A stretch of 64,000 nucleotides of DNA from Harriotta raleighana (taxonomy: Eukaryota), in NCBI GenBank assembly GCA_050575255.1, contig JBNZDD010013730.1, positions 3,991,671 to 4,055,670 on the forward strand, given 5' to 3'. Positions 37,701 to 49,400 of this stretch are shown here, one piece after another (position 1 is the stretch's first letter; each line of letters begins with the position of its first letter). The position numbers and the translations under genes are program-made. Below the pieces are notes generated by a model. It searched no databases. It had not been told where the DNA came from and saw only the letters and a list, made by a program, of their open reading frames with translations.

Positions 37701-38449
37701 AATGCGTTTCATTTCTCTGCATTTAAGAAAATATTCTCAGGAATGCAACGTCCAGATGTTTTACAACTCTGATCTAACCCACGCTGAGACATGGGAGGAA
37801 TTTAACAGCACTGCTCTCAGCATTACTGTGCACTGGGTTTGTACAATAACGCTGAGAGCAGTCTCTGCGATTGGGGCCCAGCAAGATGGTGTCGTTTGTG
37901 TTCACACCACACTATAGTTATAGGTCGAAGAAATATGGCCCCGAACAAACCAATGCAGTGCATTTTGGGAACTCAAGTGGAAGGGTTTTATTCACGCATT
38001 GATCGAACCAAACGTTTACCAAAGGAACAATGGAAAAAAACGTGTGGCGCTGGGGCAAACATGGACACACATCACCAAACAGTTGTCTAAAAAAAATGGG
38101 CTCCTGCCTTCAATTATCTCATTAGCACTGGCAATGAGGTATTAGCATTCCTCACATGATTTCTAACGGGACCTGCTTTGTCTTCTCCCAGTGAGGTCCA
38201 GTGGTTCTCTGCCCTATCACAATAAGGATAGCTGTGATCAATCACATCCTTAGCCACACATCTGGGGTGAACTCTTATTAAGCACTCGGAGCATCCGTGT
38301 TTTATTTAGGAGGGGAGAAGCATTTTTCACGAATGGCTGTATTTGACGCTTTGTGAAGAGGGGAAGTAGAAATTTGTCGAATCAAGCAGTTCTTCACAGG
38401 AATGGCAAAGCAAAATACATTTGTGTTGTGTTCCTGTGAAAATCGTGAT

Positions 38450-39165
38450 GCTGTGTGCTCTGGTTTCAGAAAGGCCTTTGATGAAGTACCACATGACAGA
38501 CTACTTTACAAACTGTCATCGAATAAGAAGGACAAGACGGGAATGGCTGAAGGGAAGTAAGCTGAGTGTTGTTGTTGGAGAAGTTAGAGTGAAATGAGAG
38601 AAGGTATTGAGTGTACCTTGCTGGGATCCCTCCTATTCCTAGCATATATATATATGTATATCGATATATAGATAATAATAGTAATAGTAATCCTTGCATT
38701 TGACATAGCACTTTTCACGTCTTCTAGACATCTCAAAGCTCTTCACAGAATATACTGTAAAGTGAATTAACTGTATATTTGTAGGTGAATCGCAGCAGTC
38801 ATTTGCCCTCAGCAGTGTCCCACAAACATTCGTGGATTGAAATGACAAAATTATTATTATTTTTTTGAGGGATTTTTATCAGGCATGTGGAGTAAGGAAA
38901 CTTGCCCAAAGTTTCGTCCTGAGCTGGATTTACAACTTTAGCAAAAATAAGGCGTTGTTGTACTGTTTAGATTTTGTTAAATCAGGTGAGTTAAAATCTG
39001 CGGAAGTAATGTTGACAAAGTATAATAGTCTGATTAGGCCACACCTGGAGAACTGAGTACAGTTCAGTAACTGCTACATAAAATAAGGGGCCATCCAGGG
39101 GTTTGAGGGAGAGAAGAGCAATGAAGCTGATCTGCAGTGTTAGCTACAAGATTGATTAGATAAGA
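38450..39165 (+). mobile_element. Ancient CR1 ORF2 pieces (~38450-38560 and ~38990-39165) flanking an antisense SINE
   Basis: KAFDEVPHDRLLYKL and KSAEVMLTKYNSLIRPHLEN*VQF. Confidence 0.7.
38673..38925 (-). mobile_element. tRNA-derived SINE (main family), lacking most of head
   Basis: Plus strand TAATCCTTGCATTTGACATAGCACTTTTCACGTCTTCTAGAC...GGAGTAAGGAAACTTGCCCAAAG is the reverse complement of the family. Confidence 0.9.
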
Positions 39166-40313
39166 TAGCGACTACAGCTTTAAACTATAGGGAGGGGGGA
39201 AGTAAGTGACTTTTCTTCGGAGCTGAACTGGCTTCGATGTAACAGCTTAGCAATAGATATCGGAATAGAGTCAACCTTCCCTGTGGTCTCAGTAGTCCGG
39301 TTCCTGAGGCAGGTGCATCCACAAAAACCCGTAGCACTGCTGATGACACACTAGGCAGCCTGCCTGAATTAGACGGGCAGACCTGTAAATGGGAGCAGGA
39401 ATTCTATGTGTTATCATAGCTCTAGTGGAAATCATCTCCCAAGCCTCTTCAATAAAGATAGCTGCTACCTACAGAGAGAAGCATTCATCATGGAGCAGAA
39501 GAGAATCGAAACGGAGAAAGCTTGTAATGATTAAGATTAGACTAAATGCCAATGAAATTCCCAGGTAACTGTATTGCTTGGATTTCTATGGTAATCTTTT
39601 TACGAAAACATATGCAGTCATTTTTTGGAGAGTGGAGGTAGATGCAATTGAGATGTCAGCTGTGTATAAAGTTCAGCAATGACTGAGTAGATTATAAATG
39701 ATTGATGGTAATGAAACTTACATGATCATGCATTTCAAGAACATATATTATAAACTGCCACACTTGGAGAAGAAAATTGGTTAGGATCATGACAGAGCTT
39801 TAGAGGGTGAGAAAAATGCACATGAATTTGTTGAATCCTTGGTGGTGCAAAGACAGGGCATCCACAAGGTAAAGTAAGAGAGGAAAAGATTGTTTGATAG
39901 GACACAAATGAAGGGGAATTCTGACTGAATTGAAAACATGTACTACTTTGCAGTACTTAGGATATTGATGTGCACTGAAATCAGTATAGTAATTTTAGGC
40001 AGAATCTCTCTCCTATTCTCATGGCTCAGAAGATTAAATTTTCCCAGCTGTATTGATGCTTTTATGCGAATCGCACACAGAAAAACAGCTAGCTTAGTCT
40101 TAGAGGAGGAACTTAACCCCGTTCTAAGTAGCAATTCTAACCAGACCAGCACACTCCTCTGCCTCAGCGCCTGAAACACTATCATCCAATTCTCTTTGTT
40201 CTGCGAGAGCAACATTGAAATTTCTGCATAAGGGCAGCAACATTCCTTCCGTATTCCTAAAGTTCCTGGAGAAAAAATTTGGGTAAATAGTGGCCTGGTT
40301 TAACGTACAATGA

Positions 40314-40378
40314 CCCCCGCCCACCCCACCTTCCCCTAGGGGGCGATGGCAGGGGGGGAGGTTGGGGGAGAGGGGGTT
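40314..40378. promoter_or_regulatory. Candidate CTCF site within dual-strand G-quadruplex-forming tracts
   Basis: CCCCTAGGGGGCGA at 40333-40346 (one mismatch to CCASYAGRKGGCR); C-runs to the left, G-runs to the right. Confidence 0.35.
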
Positions 40379-40896
40379 GCGACGAGATATTATTGTAAAG
40401 TACAAGGTGATTTACTATGAATTTCATTATCTGTCAGTCAGCTAGTCATTATTATGCAGCTCAATACTAGGCATAACAGGTGTCCTCGCCTCTTGAGCCT
40501 GTCTCTCTCCAGGGCAAGTCTTGACCCCTATCATTATGAAGTTTGGATAGAGTGCTCGACAAAACAAAGGCAGTATATTTTAGGCGCAGGGAAGCAAGTT
40601 ATCAATCAGTACAGAAGGCCACATGCCATGCTGGGAGCAATCTCGACAATACAAATTATTAGGCCTGTACAACTATGCTACAAAACAACCCAGGATTTGA
40701 GTCACCCATTCTCGTCACAAGCCCGTGGCCAGATGGCTGGAGCCAAGCTGTGAGCTGCAGAAACCTGAAAACAGCAAAAGCCCGGACTGTGTTCTAGCTG
40801 AATTAAGTCAGAGTAGCCTCGGACTGAAGTTGCATCCTAGATTGTACTCTAGGTTTGTTCTGCTTTCTACAGCTAGATGCATTGAGATGCATTCAT

Positions 40897-41195
40897 GGAG
40901 TCCTGTAGCTCGGTAGTTAGAGCACTTGCCTTGCAAGCGAGAGGACCTAGGTTCAATTTGAGGCAGGAAGAAACCTTGGGCAAGTTTCCTTACTCCCATA
41001 CGCCTGATAATAATCCCTCAAAAAAAATTGATCATTTCAATCCACAAGTGTTTGTGCAATTGACTGCCGCATTTCGCCCACGAAATATACAGTGAGATCA
41101 CTTTACAGCATATTCTGTGAAGTGCTTTGAGACGTCTAGAAGACGTGAAAAGTGCTTTATCAAATCCAAGGATTATTATCATTAATATTATTATT
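40897..41195 (+). mobile_element. Full-length tRNA-derived SINE (main family)
   Basis: GGAGTCCTGTAGCTCGGTAGTTAGAGCACTTGCCTTGCAAGCGAGAGGACCTAGGTTCAA head (anticodon-like loop CTTGCAA), body, and tail GAGACGTCTAGAAGACGTGAAAAGTGC...(ATT)n. Confidence 0.92.
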
Positions 41196-41317
41196 TGTAT
41201 TGGCTGAGAAATGCCGCGCTCAACCTGTAAACTTTTATTTGAATATGTCTCTTTAAAGAGCCTCAGTATTAATCTCTAGATGAAAGGATGGTTCCATAAA
41301 ATGTAAGCTTCAATAAC

Positions 41318-41337
41318 TTCTTCTTCTTCTTCTTCTT
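41318..41337. repeat. (CTT)n microsatellite
   Basis: ttcttcttcttcttcttctt. Confidence 0.9.
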
Positions 41338-41694
41338 ACTTGGGTTGATTTTCAACTATTCATGCTTTACATTTCTCATCTGACATTTAAACCACATTCT
41401 ATAGACCATGTACAATTCCAGATGGATCCATGTCTGATAGGAAACCTACCCACTGCTGGGAAGCTGGAGAATATCACTATTCTTGTGGAAAATTGAAATG
41501 CAACGTGCTGAATTTCGCATTTTTCATACAAGGTGTAGTGGCAACAAAGCATGACAGGGAAATGTGTTGGTAAATAAACTGTTTAATGTGTAATTAAAAA
41601 GCATTGCCTTCTCTATTACTACCTCTTCTAAATACTTGAAATTCAGGATGTCGCTGGCTTCCCATCAAACATTCCCATCACACAGAGGTCATGC

Positions 41695-41785
41695 TCCTCT
41701 CCCCTCTGCCATCCACCCTCCCTGATCCCGACCCCTCCGGACGTGAAAGGCATTGTACAAGTATCATTTTGTTGTTATTGTTGTG
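41695..41785 (+). mobile_element. Tail-only family 'B' element
   Basis: C-rich leader, then CTCCGGACGTGAAAGGCATTGTACAAGTATCATTTTGTTGTTATTG. Confidence 0.7.
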
Positions 41786-41904
41786 GTATAATGATTTGTG
41801 TAAAGAAGATGGTTTTTTTCAATAATATTGCTTAAAGCTTAAACTCGGCTTTTGAACACACAGCTAATAAATAATATTAACAATACACAATGGATAAAAA
41901 TAAT

Positions 41905-42220
41905 TATTGGATTTGATACAGCACCTTTCATGTTGAGAGGACATCTCAAAACACCTCAAAACATTACTACCTATTTTTGTTCAATGGTACAGGATTTTAC
42001 TGTAAAATGTAGTGGCTGTAATTTGTAGGCAATCACGGCAGCCAATTTTGCACACACTAATGTCCCACAAATGGCCATGAAACAAATGATCAATTTTATC
42101 TGAGGGATGTTGGCCGGGAAACCGGGAGGCTCTTCCTTCTCCTTTCATAGAGTCGTGTGATCTTTAACATCCATCTGACCTGGCGGATGGGACTTGGGTG
42201 AAACATCTCATCTAATGGAG
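41905..42220 (-). mobile_element. Old DeuSINE-like element
   Basis: Plus strand GGCAGCCAATTTTGCACAC...TCCCACAAA...GATCTTTAACATCCATCTGA...AACATCTCATC is the reverse complement of the Deu-like body. Confidence 0.75.
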
Positions 42221-44524
42221 TGAAAGAGTTTGATTCCAATTTACGGTATATTGGACTATGGATAAACTCAAGGAATATTCAACTGTAGGAGTTTGAAAGA
42301 ATTCTGAATACATGCAAGCTGACTGTGACTATTAAATAGCATTTTTGGCCAAGTATGCATTGACGCATACTTCAAAGAGTTTGTGTAAACATTTCAGTGG
42401 AATACTTAATGCTACTAACTCAGGTAACTAAGGCAATAACATGTCAAGCACCAGACTTGGGTTTAATTGATACAATAGATGTGAATCTATGATCCATAAA
42501 ATAAAAATGTGCCACTCTTTTCTTCCTACATTTGGTCATGGTTGGACTATTTGTGTTACAGGTTTCAGTGTTATGTTGCAAATCAATTGTTATGGGGGAA
42601 ATTATTTGACAAAATGTGATAAATCCATCTGAAGTTGCCTTTATGTTTGCAACATGGAAGATGCTGGCTCGGCAGACAGAGTGCAGGCATGCTAGGGAAA
42701 TCCTCTCAAGATTAAAAGCCTTCTTCTGGACTGGTAAAAAGTCAAAAGGTTTTCCCGTCGATTAATAGTTTACAAAAGATAGATCCAATTTGCACCAACA
42801 CAGCTCAATGTGCTTTCCAGACATTACAAATGTAGTTTAATTTTCCATTGGTTTAAAAGAAAATTCAAGAAAATATGGAGTCTTTATTTCCAAGTGCGCA
42901 CAATGACACTTAAGCAGTCCCTTCTATAAGAAAAGGCAGTAATGGAATCTGAACAAAGGTAATATTGACTGTAATAGCAAGGACAGAAAAGACACGGCTT
43001 CAGTAATGTCACACATTTTATACCGGTTCTATTTTTTACTGCATGCACAGCAGGTTTCTGCTTTTGAAAATTATCCATTACGATTGTATCAATACTTTTA
43101 TATTTTGTGAGACAGGATGTGGAGATGCCATCGGAAAATTAGATTTCATTCTGACATTAGGGGGTCTGGTCAACAATCCAATTCCATGTTTTCTATTGAG
43201 ACACAAAGATTTGATATAATTTTGGTTAGAAAACATTTTTATAAATTAAACAATTGAATTTCTATCTGGTCTTGTGGAGCACTTAGCTTAAAAGAATACA
43301 CTCCCAAATCAAAGCTTTTCAATCATCTTAAATATTATTTTGATGTTATGTGCCTTAAGTATAGTATCCTCTTAAATGTTATTGAACGTTTGACTGCATG
43401 CATACATAGGTGATGTATAAAGGTATCTTATTTATATTTTTACAATGTTTGGATTGTGACTGACATCTGGCTGACAGGATTTAGAAAGATATATACTACA
43501 AAGTGAATCCCCGAGCAGTCGTGAACAAGATCGCTCCTATTTATCAAGACCTATTAGGCTGATCTATTTTTCAAAATATGGACACTACACAAAGAAGTGA
43601 AGGACAATGCACTATCCATAATAATGGATGGATAACATTTTCAGTTCTTAGCTTATGACTCACTGTAGGTAAAAAGCAATTACATGATTGTAAACCTTAC
43701 ATCCTGAAATTCACTAATCATTTTAGAATGAACTTTCGTTTTGGGCCATATTTAGATCATTGTTCTTTTACAACAAAATGCTAAATAATTGTGTCCTATA
43801 ATAAAATCTGATCTCACTGATCTAGACTCTTGTAAATCTCATTCTTTTTAATGTATTTTAATCATTACGGCTCTGATTCTATCAGATTGCCTGGTTACTG
43901 TTAAAAGTCTAGAATGATTTTAGGCCTAGATTGCAAAGGTATTAAATATATTTTGTATTGGTGATTGATGATTAAATGACATTACACTTGCTACATTTAG
44001 CATTGCGCTCTGTAGTGGGACATACAATGTGTGCCATTTCACACGTGCAAATGGAGGTTAGCATTACCACAGTTCATATTTTATATTCCTATCATGTTAT
44101 AACAGGTTCGTTTCTACAATGAGTAACACACTATCACATTTCAGTAAGATTTATCACAGTGCGGGATATAAATAAACTCCAACTGCATCTGAGTCCATTT
44201 ACAAGAGTCAAAATGTTCTTCGGGATGCTTGGGCACTGAGGAAACCGCAGAAGAACTACTGCCAAACAATTTACAGGTGGTAGATTAGTGCTACACATTG
44301 GTTTGACACCCACTGTTTCCACTTTAGATTTAACTGATGATTTATGAAACCTGAGGAAGGCATTAAAAGAGGATTGGGTGTCAAATACCTACAAGTGATG
44401 CTCTGCAGTGCCATTAAAGGTGACAAGAGCACAAACCATTCTGAAACACTCATATGTTTCATAATCGAGAAAAAAATGGGCTTGCATCAGATAACAATAG
44501 CTATCTGTATTTCCAAATAACATT

Positions 44525-44973
44525 ACGACCACCAAACTTCGCTCCCCCATTACCCCAGTTCTTGCCAGACTTCACTGGCACCTTGTCCCAGAGAGGATCA
44601 ATTTCATGATCCTCACCCTTGTTTTCAAATCCCTCCACTCTTCTGCATCCCCTCCTCTCTCTTCAAACCAGCACCTGTTGCCTTCGCTCCACCGAGTCTG
44701 GTCTCCCCCGAATCCTCCGCTCCACCCTCAGCGGCCATGTTTTCAGCCACTATGGCCCGAGGCTCTGGAACTTCCTTCCTCACTCCCTTCACCTTGCCCC
44801 CTCTCTTCCCAGTTTCAGGTCCCAGCTAAAGACCTTTCTCTTTGACTGCGCTTTTGTTCACCTTTCTACCCCTGCCCCTGGCTCGGTCCTGGGATCTGTT
44901 GTTGTGAGGCACTCTGAGATGCCATCTGGCATGGAGGGCACTATATAAATCAAAGGTGTTGTGTTTTGTTGTT
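44525..44973 (+). mobile_element. L2 family 'A' 3' end
   Basis: PITPVLARLHW...MILTLVFKSLH...VFSHYGPRLWNFLP...FRSQLKTFLF; tail GGAGGGCACTATATAAAT. Confidence 0.9.
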
Positions 44974-45108
44974 ATATGAGTGTTCAAGATTATATTTTCT
45001 CCATGCTTACCTCCCCACCAGAAACAAATTAGATCGGGTTCCTTTGCCACTCTTGTCTTCCCTATCATTTGAACATCCGTAAATCTTCTCATGCATCATT
45101 CTATATCA

Positions 45109-45230
45109 TTCGCCCACAAATATACAGTCAATTGACTTTACAGTATATTCCTATGAAACGCTTTGAGAAGTCTAGAAGACGTGAAAAGTGCTATATCAAA
45201 TGCAAGGATTATTATTATTATTATTATCAT
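45109..45230 (+). mobile_element. SINE (main family) 3' fragment
   Basis: TTCGCCCACAAATATACAGTCAA...GAAGACGTGAAAAGTGCTATATCAAATGCAAGG(ATT)n. Confidence 0.85.
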
Positions 45231-46343
45231 CATCTGTTTTGAGCGGACACTTAAATTCACAGGAAAAGCTTGTCCAGGTATTTAGTAAATCGCATGAGAC
45301 TCAATCTTTTGGTCTAGTTCTTAATTGATGGAGGCATTGGTCTGAATCTGTGCCAGTGTCAATTCATCAATCCTGAACACTATCTCCATTCCACCTGTGA
45401 CCAGCTCAGTGACATGGCACTGAAGCCATGGATCATGGCCTATGCCCTTTGTCACTTGCCAAAGAGAAAATTGCTTAAATTAATAGGTGGTGAGTATATA
45501 CTCCCAAGATCCATGAGTTACTCTTAACTAGCAACCATGCACCAGACAATTTTCCCTTCCAGGATGTGCTTGCTGACTTCTGAACTGATGATGATGATGG
45601 ATGGGTTGTTGGTGCTGCCCTGGCAACAGGTACACATGAACATTCCCGGCAACGCATTAATAGATCAAATGTTCTCCTGTTTCAGGAAATGTGTTCGTTC
45701 TTGGCAGGTACACAGATGAGCACATGCATCCAGACAATCACACTGAAAAGATGGTGGAGGTCTGGTAGGCAGAGTGGGGACTGCTCCTTGGGCTTCTGGT
45801 TTGCTACAAGGATGTTGGAAGCTGATGTGAAGAGGCATCTCCTAAGGAAAGCACTTAAGAATTGACTTTGAACATTGATTGACGCCCGTGAGTGCTCCAG
45901 GTGAGTAGCAGTAGGAGGTAAGTGCTGTTCTTTCCTACAGCAGTCGGTCCAGGGCAGGTTGAATCCTGTTTGAAAATTCTTCACACAAGCGAAATATGTT
46001 CCGCAAACAGATCTTAAAATCTTTTAAAACTGCACTCCAACAAAAAAAAAACCCCGATAAAACTATGGAGGGGCTCTGTCTTTCTGTAACACAAATGTGG
46101 CTTCTCCTCCAGCAACTGTAATACTTGTTTTCTAAGGCTCCATTAGGCTTGCTGTACAAATGATCACCTTCACTTACAGGCTGATGGCATCGAAGCAATC
46201 TTTCCCACAATGGCATTCTGCCACCCCCTCCTCCTCTCCAATAAGGTAGGATTTGGAGATTTCAAATCAACTTTTGTTGAAGTGAATTATATTCCGTCAC
46301 TTATGTACACACGGAATGCATCAGCCAACAGAAAATTGTATGC

Positions 46344-46495
46344 CCATAGAACCACAGATACTTACAGCAAAGAAGAAGGCTATTTGGTCCTTTGTGTCTG
46401 CGCTGGCTCTTTTAAGAGCAGACCTTTTAGGCACCATTTACCTGCCCTTTCCCGCTACGCCTGTAGCCTACTGTTGTTTTTAGGTATTTATCTAG
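46344..46495 (-). mobile_element. CR1 3' end, degraded
   Basis: TTACAGCAAAGAAGAAGGCTATTTGGTCC...GCTGGCTCTTTTAAGAGC, homologous to the 5335 and 52466 copies. Confidence 0.65.
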
Positions 46496-49400
46496 TCCAT
46501 GATGTCAATGCGGAATGCGAGTCGAGCTAGTCAAACGTGCGTAATACATTCCCATCAAATGCAGTTTGTGAAAAAACAAAAATGTATCTCTTTGTGTTGC
46601 TGCAGAGCTTAACCCTTTGTTTGCATTACCATGAATAATCAATACAAAGACAGTGTCCGACAATCGCAGGGTTCAGATGACATTTATAACCCACTTGCAC
46701 ATTATCTAAACTGTTTGATTGTGTTCTGCCTTGCAACACCCTCCCAGCTATCAATTTGTTTACACTCAGCACCTCTATAAACGGAATTACATTCTCCGAT
46801 TCCACATGTGATGAAAATCACTTCTGACTTGGCGATCACTTAACCTATGTAAAAGCCATCAGACCCACAGATGAGAACGTACTCAAACACAGATGAGAAG
46901 ATGACAATTTAACACAAGACTCCATTTGGTTTGGCCTCGTTTTGAAGTCCACTTTAATTCCCTTTTAAATAACTTTAACCCTATCTGTCCCCAATAGTAA
47001 CTCTTTGGGTGCATGTCTCCTGTGTTATTGTGGACATTCTTGTTCACAAGCGCCCTGTAAGCACAATGATAACTGCCGTTTCTTTTTAATCATTTTCTTG
47101 CAAAATTACCATCTTAGCTCTCTGGTATTCTGGTTAGATAACTGTGCCTAAAACAAAAATGTGAGTGTCATTTTGTTCAAAATAAAACATTTTGACTGAC
47201 CAGCAGCAGAAATAGTACCTGGAGAATTTAAAAAGGATTTTACCCAAATGCTTTCTACTTACTTACAGCACTCAAGTAATGGATGAAGATTAGCATATGA
47301 CATGACAGATTACATTAAGTCATGTCATTCTAGTACTTTATGATGGCAGAATAACATTAGCTTCTTACCACTTGCACACCATGGCATGCAAATCCCAATC
47401 GTGTTATTTAAAATTACTAGCTGACATAGCAACCTTGATATGATTATTAGTCTTTTTACAGACTTTAGTTCATATCCATCAGATACCATCTTCTTATGAA
47501 AAGTTAGTAAAAAAAAAACTCTGCTTGTTTTCTTCAGGTATCATTGAATGTTTCACGATAAACCTTTGAAACACATTTGTTTAGCCCAAGCAAGAGGATA
47601 CAGTATTTTGAAGAGCACGGATTAAGAAATAACTGTTCATTCAACAGCTAGATTAAACTGTATTGAACACATTTTTCTCTTGTTGACTTTAAGAGCACTC
47701 CGCAAAATAAATCAATTTGATTTTCAGATATTACATTTTCTGGAAGCAACTTCATATTTCTGTGTAGTTTGTTGTCTAACCCATTAATTGTGGCATCGGT
47801 GCTCGGCAGATCAGGGAAACTGATCTTAAATCAATTAAAATAAGAAGGCAGCTAAGTCTCCCATTTTATTCAATTTTTTAGTGACTAGTGTTGACAAGAC
47901 TCGATGGCTATGTGAGGAACATCAATCTGCAAATGAATAAAACACAATAGACTTACAATAACTTCTAGAATATTTAAGTAAAAACAGAAGTACAGTATTA
48001 GAAATCCATAATGGATTAGTTAGCATTGTGCATTAAGGCTGTTTTCCACAGTTCTAGACGACATTATATTTCAAGACAAAATGGTCTTCTTAAACGCTAA
48101 GAGTGTATAGAATTTAAGGCTTTAGTTTGTCCCGCTCAGAATTTTGCTTCAACGGTCAAGGGGAGTTTTAAGAAAAGAAAGGTAGAAAACTCAATAATGT
48201 CTTAAAGTTCAAGATAGAGATTCTAAACACAAAGCATTGGTGGTACAGTTGATGCAAAGTGGCAGATCCAGTACACAGGGAATACAAATTCATTACAGCC
48301 ATTCCCTACCTTTCTACTCCAATCGTCCTTGTGAATGGCTGTGTACTTCTGCTCCAGTAATGGTCTTCCTATCATTTTTTTTAAAAAAAAACTATGATTA
48401 ATGTGTTGCTCCTTCTTTTTAGAAAAAGGTGAATCACCCATTTAGAGCCCGAATTCACAGTTGCTTGTAATTTGTAAATCTCTGCATTAATGAGTATTTT
48501 ACATTATGATCAGCCTTGTTGCTTGGGGTTGTTGTCATCTTAGTGTAAAATCAATTATAATTTAAGTGTTGTGTCACATTCCTGCCTGTTCTTTCCTGTG
48601 CAGCTGCATTTTATATGCTTTGCACCTCATCAATGCAACAAAAACATGAACTAACTTACTACAGGCACCTGATCGGTTTAATAGCCACCTCTAAAACTAG
48701 ATCTAGATGTATACTATGGCGTAATCGACTCCAGCACAGGTCAATTTATATGCTCACAGACTGTGTGCAGACACATAGCTACAGTGCAGAAAGGTAAAAG
48801 CAAAATGTGCTACAAAGCATGCAATGTCACGCCTTACAGCGAGCATCAAAACATTGCACAAAGAAGACGCTGCAGGATTAAAAATAATCATAATTGGAAA
48901 AAAAGGGACTGTGTTCCCTATTTCAAAAAAATCATTTACAGTGTCTAAATATACGCTATAACAGCAGAGAATGAAATTTGAAACCTGCTGCAATACATTA
49001 ATTTTGGAGGATGTGTGAAGTGATTCATGAACATTTTGTCAAACAGTCCTTCTTAACGGATGATTATTCAACACGAGTGGAAAAGGAAGACCATTTGTTT
49101 TTATTTAGATCAAGAGCAAAAAGTAACATACAAGGCAGGCTGAACTAAACATCTTAAGCTTGAATTATCCAGCACATGGAATTACTCTTGCTTTCTTTTT
49201 TTCCTTTGGTACGCCAAAGTTAATACGCTAGAAATGCACTTTATGATATTTGATGTGCTGGCTTAGTATTTTAAGTGCTTACTGCGGTATACAGCGTCTA
49301 ATTTTTCTCATATTTTTGACCTTGCCATTGCTACAATTTTGTCTTGGTGCCCGTGATCTAAGATGATGTGAATAAAAAGCTTTTTGTCTGTTTGGACTCG

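Noticed and set aside
39943-40270. Minus-strand exon/ORF after TTTTTTCTCCAG
   Set aside because: No recognisable protein and a weak donor; cannot be supported without RNA data.
40897-40970. tRNA-Ala(TGC) gene (also 22541, 56040, 60623)
   Set aside because: No intact acceptor stem or T-run terminator; each continues into SINE body and tail.
45680-45984. Possible LINE endonuclease or LTR fragment
   Set aside because: GC-richer and repeat-like, but no convincing motif; left unannotated.
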